Shown here: piece after piece, positions 53,299 to 63,564 of the stretch
Numbering within the stretch: the stretch's first letter is position 1
Layout of the letters: each line of letters begins with the position of its first letter
Origin: an uncultured Verrucomicrobiae bacterium
Lineage (GTDB): Bacteria; Verrucomicrobiota; Verrucomicrobiia; Chthoniobacterales; UBA10450
Reading direction: 5' to 3'
NCBI GenBank assembly: GCA_963726745.1
Contig: CAVSDR010000002.1
Span: 128,001 to 192,000, forward strand
Length of the DNA: 64,000 bases
Notes under the pieces: model-generated
Database searches by the model: none
What the model saw: the letters and a program-made list of their open reading frames with translations, nothing else
What the model was told of the DNA's origin: nothing
Position numbers and translations under genes: made by a program

Positions 53299-55098
53299 GT
53301 GTATGGTGCAGCTCCGATGAATGCGCCGGATTCCCTCACTGCAAACGGCTCGCCGCGGCGCTTTTGCCTGCTGCTGGTGAAGCCGGCGCATTACGACGAC
53401 GACGGCTACGTGATCCAGTGGCTGCGTTCCGCGATCCCTTCGAACTCGCTCGCGGCGCTCTACGGCCTGGCGCGCGATTGCGCCGAACGCAAAACCCTCG
53501 GGCCGGATGTGACCCTCGAGATTCACGCCTTTGACGAGACGAACACGCGCATCCGCCCGGAGCGTCTCGCGCGCATGATTGAGGAGGCGGGCGCCGGGAT
53601 GGTGATGCTCGTCGGCGTGCAGTCGAATCAATTTCCGCGCGCGCTCGACCTGGCCAAGCCGCTCCTCGAGCGCGGCGTGCAGGTGGGCATCGGCGGGTTC
53701 CATGTCTCCGGCGTGCTCAGCATGCTCGACGGGAACGATCCCGATCTCCATCGCGCCAAGGCCATGGGCGTATCGCTCTTTGCCGGCGAAGCCGAAGGCC
53801 GCCTCGAGCAGGTGCTGAGCGACGCCTACGCGCGGAAGCTGAAGCCGCTGTATAATTTCATGGCCGACCTTCCGGGAATCGAAGGCGCGCCGATTCCGCT
53901 GATCAGCGCCACGCGCGCGGCCCGCACGCTCGGGCGCGTGACCAGCTTCGACGCCGGGCGCGGTTGCCCGTTCCAGTGCTCCTTTTGCACGATCATCAAT
54001 GTGCAGGGCCGGAAATCGCGACGCCGTTCGCCGGACGACATCGAGCAGATCATCCGGGAAAATTTTGCGCAGGGACTGCGCAGTTTTTTCATCACCGACG
54101 ACAACTTCGCGCGTAATCAAGACTGGGAAAAAATCCTCGATCGACTGATCCAGATGCGGAAGGGCGAGCGGATGAATTTCTCCTTCATCATCCAGGTCGA
54201 CACGCTTTGTCACAAGATCCCAAAGTTCATCAAGAAGTGTAAAAGCGCAGGCGTGAAGCGGGTCTTCATCGGGCTGGAAAACATCAACCCCGAGAGCCTT
54301 GCGGGCGCGAAGAAGCGGCAGAATAAAATCACCGAATACCGCAAGATGCTGCAGGCCTGGAAAGAGGCGCGCATCATCACCTACGCGGGATACATCACCG
54401 GCTTCCCGAACGACACCGTGGAGTCGATCCGGCACGATATCGAGATCATCAAGAAGGAGCTGCCGGTCGATTTGCTGGAGTTCTTCTTCCTCACGCCGCT
54501 GCCGGGCTCGGCCGATCACCAAGGGCTGCACCGCGCCGGCTCGCCGATGGATGCGGACCTGAACCGCTACGACTTGAATCACGCCTGTGCGCCGCACCCG
54601 AAGATGTCGCGCGCCGAATGGGAGCAGGCTTACCACCTCGCGTGGGACACGTATTACACGTGGGACCATGTGGAGACGATCCTGCGCCGCTCGGCCGCGA
54701 AGCAGACGAACATCAGCAACCTGATCGCGCTGATCGCGTGGTTCAAAGGCTCGCTCAAGATCGAGAAGATCCATCCGCTCGAGAGCGGCGTTTTCCGGAT
54801 GAAATTCCGGCGCGACCGGCGGCCGGGTTTTCCGATTCTCCCGCGCTGGAAGTTTTACCCGGCTTACCTCGCGGAAACAGCCAGCAAGCTCACGCAATGG
54901 GGCCTGCTGCTCCTGCGCCTGCGCCGCATCCAGCTGCGGGTGAAGAATGATCCGCGGAAGCTCGAGTATATGGACCTGGCGCTGACCCCGGTGAACGAGC
55001 ACGACACCGAGGAGCTGGAGATGTTTCACAATCCCGCGGCGGAAGCGTTCGTCGCGCGGGAGCAGCGGCGGCAGGCGCCGGCCGCGGTCGGCGTCTAG
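53299..55098 (+). CDS. B12-binding-type radical SAM protein
   Basis: GGFHVS, GEAE, RGCPFQCSFC, ITDDNF, FIGLEN, LTPLPGS. Confidence 0.88.
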   Translation: MYGAAPMNAPDSLTANGSPRRFCLLLVKPAHYDDDGYVIQWLRSAIPSNSLAALYGLARDCAERKTLGPDVTLEIHAFDETNTRIRPERLARMIEEAGAGMVMLVGVQSNQFPRALDLAKPLLERGVQVGIGGFHVSGVLSMLDGNDPDLHRAKAMGVSLFAGEAEGRLEQVLSDAYARKLKPLYNFMADLPGIEGAPIPLISATRAARTLGRVTSFDAGRGCPFQCSFCTIINVQGRKSRRRSPDDIEQIIRENFAQGLRSFFITDDNFARNQDWEKILDRLIQMRKGERMNFSFIIQVDTLCHKIPKFIKKCKSAGVKRVFIGLENINPESLAGAKKRQNKITEYRKMLQAWKEARIITYAGYITGFPNDTVESIRHDIEIIKKELPVDLLEFFFLTPLPGSADHQGLHRAGSPMDADLNRYDLNHACAPHPKMSRAEWEQAYHLAWDTYYTWDHVETILRRSAAKQTNISNLIALIAWFKGSLKIEKIHPLESGVFRMKFRRDRRPGFPILPRWKFYPAYLAETASKLTQWGLLLLRLRRIQLRVKNDPRKLEYMDLALTPVNEHDTEELEMFHNPAAEAFVAREQRRQAPAAVGV

Positions 55099-55152
55099 GC
55101 TCGACCACTCGGCATCGAGGGCGGTAATCTCCTGTTCGGGGAGGCGACCGCA

Positions 55153-56226
55153 ATGAACCCAGCAGACCTGACGATTAATGAAGAAAAGCTGAACGCTTTC
55201 ATGGGCCGCGCGCTCAACGACATGGGCGGCGCAATCAACACCAGCCTGATCCTGATCGGTGACCGGCTGGGCCTTTACAAAGCGATGGCGGGCGCCGGCC
55301 CGCTGACCGCCGCAGAAGTTGCCGGCAAAACCGGCACGAATGAGCGCTACGTGCGCGAATGGCTCTCCGCGCAGGCGGCCGGCGGTTATGTGGAATACGA
55401 CGCGGCGGCGGAGAAATTTACCCTTCCGGATGAACAGGCGATGGCCCTCGCAGTCGACAACAGCCCGGCGTTTATTCCGGGCGCTTATCAAATCGTCGCC
55501 TCGACGGTGATCGACGAGCCGAAGCTGCGCGCGGCTTTCCAAAGCGGCGAGGGCGTTGGCTGGCATGAGCACAACTGCAATCTCTTCGAGGGAACGGAGC
55601 GCTTTTTCCGGCCGGGCTACTCCGCGCGTTTAGTAAGCGAGTGGCTCCCGGCGCTCGAGGGCGTGCAGGCGAAACTCGAGCGCGGCGCGCGCGTGGCCGA
55701 TGTCGGCTGCGGCTACGGCGTGTCGACTATTTTGATGGCGCAGGCTTACCCAAACTCGAAGTTTTTCGGCTTCGATTATCATGAGCCGTCGATTGCATGG
55801 GCGCGCCGCTCGGCGGAAAAAGCCGGTGTGAGCGATCGGGTGACCTTCGAGGTCGCAGCGTCGAAAACTTTTCCCGGCCAAGGCTACGACCTGGTCGCTT
55901 TCTTCGATTGCCTGCACGACATGGGCGATCCGGTAGGCGCGGCCGCGCACGTGCGGCAAACGCTCAAGCCGGACGGCACCTGGATGATCGTGGAACCGTT
56001 TGCGAACGATCGGCTGGAAGACAATCTCAACCCGGTCGGCCGCGTCTTTTACTCGGCCTCGACCTTGATCTGCACGCCGGCCTCGCGGGCGCAGGAAGTC
56101 GGGCTGGCGCTGGGCGCGCAGGCGGGCGAGAAACGGCTGCGCGCAGTCGTGACCGAAGGCGGCTTCACCCGCTTCCGCCGCGCCGCAGAAACGCCGTTCA
56201 ACCTTATTTTGGAAGCTCGACCATGA
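55153..56226 (+). CDS. Class I SAM methyltransferase with N-terminal winged helix (Rv2258c-like)
   Basis: GDRLGLY, ERYVREWL, VADVGCGYG, FFDCLHDMGDP, TPFN. Confidence 0.88.
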   Translation: MNPADLTINEEKLNAFMGRALNDMGGAINTSLILIGDRLGLYKAMAGAGPLTAAEVAGKTGTNERYVREWLSAQAAGGYVEYDAAAEKFTLPDEQAMALAVDNSPAFIPGAYQIVASTVIDEPKLRAAFQSGEGVGWHEHNCNLFEGTERFFRPGYSARLVSEWLPALEGVQAKLERGARVADVGCGYGVSTILMAQAYPNSKFFGFDYHEPSIAWARRSAEKAGVSDRVTFEVAASKTFPGQGYDLVAFFDCLHDMGDPVGAAAHVRQTLKPDGTWMIVEPFANDRLEDNLNPVGRVFYSASTLICTPASRAQEVGLALGAQAGEKRLRAVVTEGGFTRFRRAAETPFNLILEARP

Positions 56227-57341
56227 ACCCACCCGATCACACCATCTCCCGGCGTGCCTTTGCCCGTTTGTTAGGCGCAGGCGCGGCCCTGGCCGTCACT
56301 GGCCCGAAATTTTCTTTGGCGCGGGAGGCAACGCCGGCCGCGGCTAGTGGCGTGGTGCGCCTTAGCTCGAACGAGAATCCGTATGGTCCGTCGCCGCGGG
56401 CGCTCGAGGCGATGCGCGAGGCCTTTGCCATCGCCAACCGTTATCCCTTCGCGGATGAAGAGAAATTAGCCGACGCCTTGGCAAAACTTTACGCCGTGGA
56501 GCGCGCGCAGGTGTTGCTGGGCGATGGCTCGGGCGAGATTTTGAAGCTGGCGGCGGTCGCCTTTACCGGACCGAATGATCGCCCGTTAGTCGCCGCTGAT
56601 CCGACTTTCGAGGCGATCCTGAAACATGCCGCCGTGAGCGGCGCGGAGGTGGTAAAGATTCCCCTAACGAGCGGTTACGCGCACGACCTGGAGAAAATGT
56701 CCTCCGCGGCGAAGAGCGGCCTGGTTTATCTCTGTAATCCAAACAATCCGACTGCGAGCATTACGCCGAAGGCGGCCGTGCGGCAGTTCCTCGCCAAGTT
56801 GCCGGCAACTACCACCGTGCTGGTGGACGAAGCCTACGCGCACTACGCGGAAAGCCCGGAGTTCGAGAGCGTCGTGCCGCTGATTGCGGATCATCCCAAC
56901 CTGATCGTCACGCGGACATTTTCGAAAATCTATGGAATGGCGGGATTGCGTTGCGGTTTTGCCCTGGGGCAGAAGGAGATGATCGGAAAAATGGCGCGGC
57001 ACCAGCCCTCAAACAGCGTCAACTGCATGGCCCTGGCGGCGGCGGTCGCAAGCCTGGCGGATGGCGCGCAGGTGACCGAGGGAAAGCGCCGCAACACGGA
57101 AGTGCGGCGGTTCGTGAGCGCTGAGCTGGCGGGTCTGGGCTACGAGCTGATTCCATCGGAAGCGAACTTCATCATGTTCGACCTCAAGCGGCCGGTGGTG
57201 CCGGTGATCGCGGCGTTAAAAGAACGCAAGGTCCAGGTAGGCCGCCTTTTCCCGACGCTGCCCAATCACCTGCGCTTGACCATTGGCACGCGTCCGGAGA
57301 TGGAGGCTTTCCTGGCCGCCTTCCGCGTGGTGATGGCTTGA
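56223..57341 (+). CDS. HisC-like PLP aminotransferase with Tat-like signal
   Basis: SRRAFARLLG; LSSNENPYGP, CNPNNPT, VDEAY, RTFSKIYGMAGLR. Confidence 0.88.
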   Translation: MNPPDHTISRRAFARLLGAGAALAVTGPKFSLAREATPAAASGVVRLSSNENPYGPSPRALEAMREAFAIANRYPFADEEKLADALAKLYAVERAQVLLGDGSGEILKLAAVAFTGPNDRPLVAADPTFEAILKHAAVSGAEVVKIPLTSGYAHDLEKMSSAAKSGLVYLCNPNNPTASITPKAAVRQFLAKLPATTTVLVDEAYAHYAESPEFESVVPLIADHPNLIVTRTFSKIYGMAGLRCGFALGQKEMIGKMARHQPSNSVNCMALAAAVASLADGAQVTEGKRRNTEVRRFVSAELAGLGYELIPSEANFIMFDLKRPVVPVIAALKERKVQVGRLFPTLPNHLRLTIGTRPEMEAFLAAFRVVMA

Positions 57342-57373
57342 TCTTTGGCCGGCGGGGCCCAAGAATCGGCGGC

Positions 57374-58051
57374 ATGAAAACCCCCGCGACACATCTTGTC
57401 TGCGCGGCCTTGTGCGCCGCCTGGTTGACCGCTCCTGCCTCTGCGCAGGAGAAAACGAAATCTCCCGCAGTGGCGGCTTCGCCGGCGGCCGCCGCCTCGG
57501 CGACGGGTGCGCCCGACGATGCCGAGATGATGAAGCAAATGATGGAGCTCTCGAAATTAAACGAGAACCACAAACTGCTCGCGCAAATGGCCGGCGACTG
57601 GACCTACACGATGAAGATGTGGATGGCGCCGGATGCTCCGCCGACGGAATCGAAAGGCACTGCGACGCGCAAGGCGATCATGGACGGCCGCTACTTTACG
57701 GCCCACTTCGACGGCAAAGCGATGATGCCGGGGGCCGATGGAAAACCACAGGAGTGGGACTTTCACGGCATGGCGATCGAAGGCTACGACAATGTGCACC
57801 AGAAATTCGTCTCCACCTGGATCGACAACATGTCGACTGGCATTTTCATGTCGCAAGGGACTTACGATCCGGCGACCAAAACTTTCACCTACCAGTCGGA
57901 GATGGAAATGCTTCCAGGGATGAAGACCAAAGTGCGCGAGACCGTGAAGCTGGTCGATGCCGACCACCACACCTTTGAGTTCTTCGAGGATCGCGAGGGG
58001 AATGGGAAGGAAATGAAGACGATGGAGATGAACTACACGCGCAAGAAGTAG
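57374..58051 (+). CDS. Exported DUF1579-like protein
   Basis: Signal peptide; HKLL...GDW, GYDN...FVSTWIDNMSTG, YTR. Confidence 0.75.
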   Translation: MKTPATHLVCAALCAAWLTAPASAQEKTKSPAVAASPAAAASATGAPDDAEMMKQMMELSKLNENHKLLAQMAGDWTYTMKMWMAPDAPPTESKGTATRKAIMDGRYFTAHFDGKAMMPGADGKPQEWDFHGMAIEGYDNVHQKFVSTWIDNMSTGIFMSQGTYDPATKTFTYQSEMEMLPGMKTKVRETVKLVDADHHTFEFFEDREGNGKEMKTMEMNYTRKK

Positions 58052-58134
58052 CGGCGACCGGGAAAGCTTGGAGCGAATTGAAGCGAGCGCGAAGAAGTCG
58101 CGAGCTTTTTCGCAAATCTCTGTTACAGTGCGCG

Positions 58135-58500
58135 ATGCCCAAACCTACTGGCGCGTCGTTCACGCGTCGCGCTCCCGACAATATCACTGAAGAGTTGGTC
58201 GCCGTTCTTTCCTCGAAATCCTCTTTCGAATTCAAGGCGCTTTTCGAAATCATTTTTTCCAATCTGCGGGAGCGGAATGCAGCCAGTGGGGGCGAGGAAA
58301 TGCTGCGCCTGCGCGCCTATGAGAAACTGCAAAGTCTCGTTAGCCAGGGAGCGGTCAACCGCACGGTCAACGGCGCGGTGAAGAAATACAAAGGCGTGAG
58401 TGCCCGTCTTTCCGTCCTCGCGGCCGAGCAGAAAGTGCTGCGTGCGGAGTGGGATCAGCGCGCGCTGGCCAAGGCTTCGGCCGCAGCCGCGGCCAAGTAA
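58135..58500 (+). CDS. Hypothetical protein, possibly winged-helix
   Basis: Basic 121-aa ORF containing GGEEMLRLRAYEKLQSLV. Confidence 0.65.
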   Translation: MPKPTGASFTRRAPDNITEELVAVLSSKSSFEFKALFEIIFSNLRERNAASGGEEMLRLRAYEKLQSLVSQGAVNRTVNGAVKKYKGVSARLSVLAAEQKVLRAEWDQRALAKASAAAAAK

Positions 58501-58518
58501 CGCCCGCAGTCAGGAGCG

Positions 58519-59718
58519 GTGAAAACGCTCTTCCTCACGAACGAGTATCCGCCAAACGTCTACGGCGGGGCTGGCGTCCACGTCGACTATTTGTCGCGCG
58601 AACTCGCGCAGCTGATGTCGGTGGAAGTGCGCGCATTTGGGACGCAGGATGCGCAGAGGGGGAACCTGCGTGTGCGCGGCTTTTCGGTCGATCCGGCGCG
58701 GTATCGCTGCCCTGAGCAACTGCGTTCGGTCTTTGGCGCCATCGAGCGGTGCACGGACTTCAATGCCGCCGGGATCGATGCCGATGTGGTGCATTGCCAC
58801 ACTTGGTACAGCCATTTTGGCGGCATCCTGGCGAAGCTGAATTATGGACTTCCGCTCGTCATCACGGTGCATTCGCTCGAGCCGCTGCGGCCATGGAAGC
58901 GCGAGCAACTTGGCGGCGGTTACGATTTTTCCGTGTGGCTGGAAAAGACCGCGCTCGAGATGGCCGATGCGGTCATCGCGGTCTCCGGCGAGACGAAGCG
59001 TGACCTCGAACGCTTGTTCTCCATCCGCCCGGAGCGTCTCCATGTGATCCATAACGGGATCGACCTGGACGAGTATCGTCCCGTGAAAACAACCGACGCG
59101 CTCACGCGTTACGGGATTGATCCGGCGCGGCCGTTCGTGCTCTTTGTCGGCCGGATTACCCGGCAAAAAGGAATTGTCCACCTGGTGCGCGCGATTGCCT
59201 CGATGGATCCCGGCTTCCAGGTGGTGCTCTGCGCCGGCGCGCCGGACACGCCGGCGATTGCCGCCGAGATGGACGCAGCAGTGGCGGAGGCGAGCGCGAA
59301 AAGAGACGGCGTCATCTGGATTCGCGAGATGGTCGACAAGCCGACCGTGATCGAGCTTTACTCGCAGGCGGCGGTCTTCTGCTGTCCCTCGGTCTACGAA
59401 CCGTTCGGCATCATCAATCTCGAGGCGATGGCCTGCGAGACCGCGGTGGTGGCAAGCGCGATCGGCGGCATTCCCGAAGTGGTGGTCGATGGCGAGACCG
59501 GCTTCCTGGTTCCGCTGGAACTAAAGGAGGGCACGTTCGAACCGCGCGACCCGGAGCGTTTCGCGCGCGACCTGGCGGCGCGAATCAACCAGTTGATGTC
59601 GAATCCGGCGCAGCGCGCAGAGTTCGGCCGGGCCGGCCGGAAACGGGCGGTGGAGCACTTCAGCTGGCGCGCGATCGCGGCCGAGACGGCCAAACTTTAC
59701 GCAACTTTAACTCGTTAG
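58519..59718 (+). CDS. glgA: GT4 glycogen synthase / maltose-1-phosphate synthase (GlgA/GlgM type)
   Basis: EYPPNVYGGAGVHV, HTWY, HSLEPLRPWKREQLGGGY, YEPFGIINLEAMAC. Confidence 0.9.
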   Translation: MKTLFLTNEYPPNVYGGAGVHVDYLSRELAQLMSVEVRAFGTQDAQRGNLRVRGFSVDPARYRCPEQLRSVFGAIERCTDFNAAGIDADVVHCHTWYSHFGGILAKLNYGLPLVITVHSLEPLRPWKREQLGGGYDFSVWLEKTALEMADAVIAVSGETKRDLERLFSIRPERLHVIHNGIDLDEYRPVKTTDALTRYGIDPARPFVLFVGRITRQKGIVHLVRAIASMDPGFQVVLCAGAPDTPAIAAEMDAAVAEASAKRDGVIWIREMVDKPTVIELYSQAAVFCCPSVYEPFGIINLEAMACETAVVASAIGGIPEVVVDGETGFLVPLELKEGTFEPRDPERFARDLAARINQLMSNPAQRAEFGRAGRKRAVEHFSWRAIAAETAKLYATLTR

Positions 59719-59773
59719 GCGGCGACTTCGGCGCTGAAAAGTGTAGGGTGCTGACGCCGGAACGGCCCACCTC

Positions 59774-60877
59774 ATGTTTGTCGATCGAATCAAAGTTTTC
59801 GCCCAGGCGGGCAATGGCGGGCGCGGCTGCGTCAGTTTTCGGCGGGAGAAATTCGTTCCGCGCGGCGGTCCCGATGGCGGGGACGGGGGGCAGGGGGGCG
59901 ACATTATCCTGCAGGCCGACGTGCACACGGATAACCTGGCGAACCTTTTCTACGAGCCGATTATTAAGGCCAAGCCCGGCGGCCATGGCATGGGCAAGAA
60001 GATGCACGGCCGCGGCGCGCCCTCGAAGATCGTGAAAGTGCCGGTGGGCACCGTGGTTTACCGCGCGCCTGCGCCGCCAGCCCCGCTGGAAGAAGTGCGG
60101 GACGAGAACGTGACTTTCGTTCCGGAAGTGGAGGCACCTTTCGAGCCGGAGCAGCTCGCCGACCTGACCGATGATGGCCAGCAATTTGTCCTCTGCGCCG
60201 GCGGTCGTGGCGGCAAGGGGAACGTGCATTTCAAGAGTTCGCGTAACCGCGCACCGATCCAATACACCGAGGGCGAGGAAGGCGAGCAGGGGCATTTCCT
60301 GCTCGAACTGCGCACGATCGCGGATGCCGCACTGGTGGGTTATCCGAACGCCGGCAAATCGACACTGCTCGGCAAACTTTCCGCGGCTCATCCGAAGGTG
60401 GCCGCCTATCCTTTCACCACCTTGCGGCCGAGCGTGGGCGTGGTGGAACTCGACGACTATCGCCGCGCGACCGTGGCCGACATTCCCGGCTTGATCGAGG
60501 GCGCGCATCGCAACGTGGGCTTGGGGCACGATTTTCTGCGCCATATCACGCGCTGCCGTTACCTGCTTTTCGTCCTCGATATTGCGGGAAGCGAAGGGCG
60601 GCATCCGATCGAGGATCTGCAGAGCCTTCGCCGCGAGATCGATCTTTACGATGAGCGCCTCTCGCAGCGGCCGTGGGCGATCTTGGCGAACAAGATCGAC
60701 TTGCCCGGAAGCGAGGAAAATCTCGAGCAACTGCGGCAGCGTTTTCCGGCGGTGAAAGTGCTGTCTATTTCTGCACGTGAAGAGCGGGGCATCGCCGATT
60801 TAAAAGAACACCTGGCCCAGTGGCTGACGACCGCCGAAGCCTCGGAAGCGGCGACGGGTTTGGCCACCGCTGGGTAA
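59774..60877 (+). CDS. obg: GTPase Obg/CgtA
   Basis: FVD, GGPDGGDGG, GYPNAGKST, YPFTT, DIPG, NKID. Confidence 0.96.
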   Translation: MFVDRIKVFAQAGNGGRGCVSFRREKFVPRGGPDGGDGGQGGDIILQADVHTDNLANLFYEPIIKAKPGGHGMGKKMHGRGAPSKIVKVPVGTVVYRAPAPPAPLEEVRDENVTFVPEVEAPFEPEQLADLTDDGQQFVLCAGGRGGKGNVHFKSSRNRAPIQYTEGEEGEQGHFLLELRTIADAALVGYPNAGKSTLLGKLSAAHPKVAAYPFTTLRPSVGVVELDDYRRATVADIPGLIEGAHRNVGLGHDFLRHITRCRYLLFVLDIAGSEGRHPIEDLQSLRREIDLYDERLSQRPWAILANKIDLPGSEENLEQLRQRFPAVKVLSISAREERGIADLKEHLAQWLTTAEASEAATGLATAG

Positions 60878-60881
60878 ATCG

Positions 60882-62138
60882 ATGAGGGATTCGGGACACA
60901 ACGGCGATCATTCCGGCGAGCGGGTCGTGGCCAGCTACTGCACCACTTTCCTCAAGCGCGAGATGCTGCACATCTATCGCCAGGTCACGGCGCTGGAGAG
61001 CTACCGCACTTTTGTGATGACGAAGTCGCTCCAGAACACGGAGCTTTTCCCTTTTAGCGACATCGAGCTAATCCCGAAACCACGGCGCAACCCGGTCCGG
61101 CACGGCTGGCTCAAGTTCATCCGGCGGAAGCCGCCGATCGTCTACCGCGGTGAATACCAAATGCTCACCCGCCTGCTTGAACGCCGGGGAGCGGACTTGA
61201 TGCACATTTATTTCGGGCACACCGGGGTGCATCTCTTGCCGTTCATTGAGCGCTGGGACAAGCCTTGCGTGGTTTCCTTTCACGGCGCGGACGTCGCGCG
61301 CAAGGCGGACATCCGCGATTACGCGCTGAAATTAAAAACGCTCTGTCACGCGGTCCCGCTGGTGCTGGCGCGGTGCCAGTCGTTAGCCGACCGTTTGATC
61401 GAGCTCGGCTGCCCGCCGGAACGCCTGCGCATTAGCCGCACAGGCGTCCCGCTGGCGCAATTCCCGCATGTCCGCCGGGAGGCGCCGGCCGATGGGCGCT
61501 GGCGGCTTCTGCAAGCTTGCCGGCTAATTCCCAAGAAAGGCGTCGCGACCACGCTTTGCGCCTTTGCGATTTTCCAGAAAGAATTCCCGCAGGCGGAATT
61601 GATCATCGCCGGGAAAGGCCCGTTGCAGGCGCACCTCGAAGAGCTGGCCGAGGAACTCGGGATCGCAGCGAAGGTGCAATTTCCCGGGTTTTTGTCGCAG
61701 AGCGAATTGCGCGAGCTTTACGCGAGCGCACATCTGTTCATTCACCCGAGCGAAACCCCGCCCGATCAAAATCAGGAAGGCATTCCGAACTCCGTCCTCG
61801 AGGCGATGGCTACGGGGCTGCCGGTGCTGGGCACGCGGCATGGCGGCATCCCGGAGGCAGTCGAGCATGGGCGGGCCGGCTTTCTCGTGGAAGAGCGCGA
61901 TTTCGAGGCGCTGGCGCACGCGATGAAAGGGATTGCGCGCTCTGCCACTGGCTTCCGGGAGATGGGTTTGCTCGGGAGTGAATTCGTTCATGCGCACTTC
62001 GAGCAGCGCGCGCAGATCCGGCAACTCGAGAGCTACTATGATGAGGCGGTGACGCTCGCAGCGGAGGCGCGTGGCCATTCTGCCCGGTCCGCAACGGTCC
62101 CGCCGGCGGCGTTTCCGGCGCACGCCTCGGCAAAGTAA
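60882..62138 (+). CDS. GT4 glycosyltransferase (WcaL-like)
   Basis: SFHGAD, RLIPKKG, EGIPNSVLEAMATGLPV, HGGIPE. Confidence 0.88.
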   Translation: MRDSGHNGDHSGERVVASYCTTFLKREMLHIYRQVTALESYRTFVMTKSLQNTELFPFSDIELIPKPRRNPVRHGWLKFIRRKPPIVYRGEYQMLTRLLERRGADLMHIYFGHTGVHLLPFIERWDKPCVVSFHGADVARKADIRDYALKLKTLCHAVPLVLARCQSLADRLIELGCPPERLRISRTGVPLAQFPHVRREAPADGRWRLLQACRLIPKKGVATTLCAFAIFQKEFPQAELIIAGKGPLQAHLEELAEELGIAAKVQFPGFLSQSELRELYASAHLFIHPSETPPDQNQEGIPNSVLEAMATGLPVLGTRHGGIPEAVEHGRAGFLVEERDFEALAHAMKGIARSATGFREMGLLGSEFVHAHFEQRAQIRQLESYYDEAVTLAAEARGHSARSATVPPAAFPAHASAK

Positions 62139-62300
62139 GCCGCGGCTAACGACCAGTTCTGTTTGTCGCAAATAGTCTCTTGTCATTGCGGCAAAACACG
62201 CTTTGGTAACGCGCTTGCCGCCCCTGCGGGGTGCGCGATCTTCGCGATCGCTGCGCTTCGGGAATTGAATCGGGGCCGCGGCATTTTACGCCACCAACCG

Positions 62301-63242
62301 ATGTCGTCTCGCTTTTCATTTTTGCCGCTGCTCGCGCTGGTCCTCTTCGGGCTGGGTAGTTTTGCCGACCACACGTTTGCCGCGGAACCGGCGCACGCCG
62401 AAGCGGCGGCGCATCACGGCGGGGAAGAGCACCACACCCTGCCCTTGCGGCCACCGGAACTTTTCCATTTCGGGAAATTCATCGTGACCAACTCGATGGC
62501 GGTGACTTGGTTTGTCGCCGCCGGGATCATCCTCCTGGCCCAGTTGGCCACACGAAAAATCAAACCCGTGCCGACGGGTTTGCAGAATTTCTGGGAATGG
62601 ATGGTCGAGAGCCTCTACAACTTCCTCGAGGGGATGATCGGGCCGGACTTGGTGAAGAAGACCTTTTGGTTCTTCGCCACGATCTTCATTTTCATTCTTT
62701 TCCTTAACTGGTTCGCGCTTATCCCGGGCGTCGGCACGGTGGGCTGGGGACACCCGACCGGTAACGGCGGATTCATCGTCTCGACGCCGCTGCTCCGCGG
62801 CGCGAACGCCGATTTGAACCTGACCTTTGCGATGGCCTGCACGTTCTTCGTGCTTTGGATGGTCTGGGCGGTGCAGTCGAATGGCGTCGGCGGCGTGATC
62901 ATGCATCTCTTTGCGCCAAAGGGCGACACCAAGGGCGTCTTGAAGATCCTGATGATCTTCATTTTCTTCATCGTCGGCTGGCTGGAAATCGTCTCGATCC
63001 TCTTCCGCCCCATTTCGCTCAGCTTCCGACTTTTCGGCAACGTCTACGCGGGTGAGATTATGCTCGAGTCGATGGCGGTGGCTGGTGGGCAATTCTTCGC
63101 CTGGCTGATCTCGATCCCGTTCTACTTCCTCGAAGTGCTCGTCGGCTTCGTCCAGGCGCTGGTCTTTATGCTTCTGACGGCGGTCTTCACTCTCTTGATT
63201 GCGGCGCACCACGACACCGGAGGCGAAGCGGCGCATCACTAA
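62301..63242 (+). CDS. atpB: ATP synthase F0 subunit a
   Basis: PTGLQN, ANADLN, RPISLSFRLFGNVYAGE, FVQALVF. Confidence 0.95.
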   Translation: MSSRFSFLPLLALVLFGLGSFADHTFAAEPAHAEAAAHHGGEEHHTLPLRPPELFHFGKFIVTNSMAVTWFVAAGIILLAQLATRKIKPVPTGLQNFWEWMVESLYNFLEGMIGPDLVKKTFWFFATIFIFILFLNWFALIPGVGTVGWGHPTGNGGFIVSTPLLRGANADLNLTFAMACTFFVLWMVWAVQSNGVGGVIMHLFAPKGDTKGVLKILMIFIFFIVGWLEIVSILFRPISLSFRLFGNVYAGEIMLESMAVAGGQFFAWLISIPFYFLEVLVGFVQALVFMLLTAVFTLLIAAHHDTGGEAAHH

Positions 63243-63311
63243 AACTTTCGGCCATATGACCGTGGTTTCCGCGGAGTGGCTGAGAACAACCAACCAACCA
63301 AAAAACACACT

Positions 63312-63525
63312 ATGATACTTCCAATCCTCGCAGAACTTGACCGGCAGCCTTCACGTCGGTCTCGCAGCTCTCGGCGCCGCCATTGGCGTCGGTTTGATCG
63401 GTATGGGCGCCGCCTCCGCGGTCGGCCGCAACCCTGGCGCCGCCACCCCGATTCTGGTGCAGGCGATTCTCGCGATCGCGCTCGCAGAAGCGATCGTGTT
63501 CTACGCCTTGTTCCTCGTTAAGTAA
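63312..63525 (+). CDS. atpE: ATP synthase F0 subunit c (apparent frameshift near 63336)
   Basis: MILPILAE then TGSLHVGLAALGAAIGVGLIG...GRNP...ALAEAIVFY. Confidence 0.93.
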
Positions 63526-63564
63526 GCGACGGTCGCACCTTTCGTTGCGCCGGTTTCATTACCC

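Noticed and set aside
53212..55572. 786-aa minus-strand ORF and other long antisense ORFs
   Set aside because: Shadow ORFs typical of high-GC DNA, opposite well-supported genes and without motifs.
63312..63525. Na+-translocating ATP synthase
   Set aside because: The c subunit has AEAIVFY and lacks the Q...ES/T sodium-binding signature.
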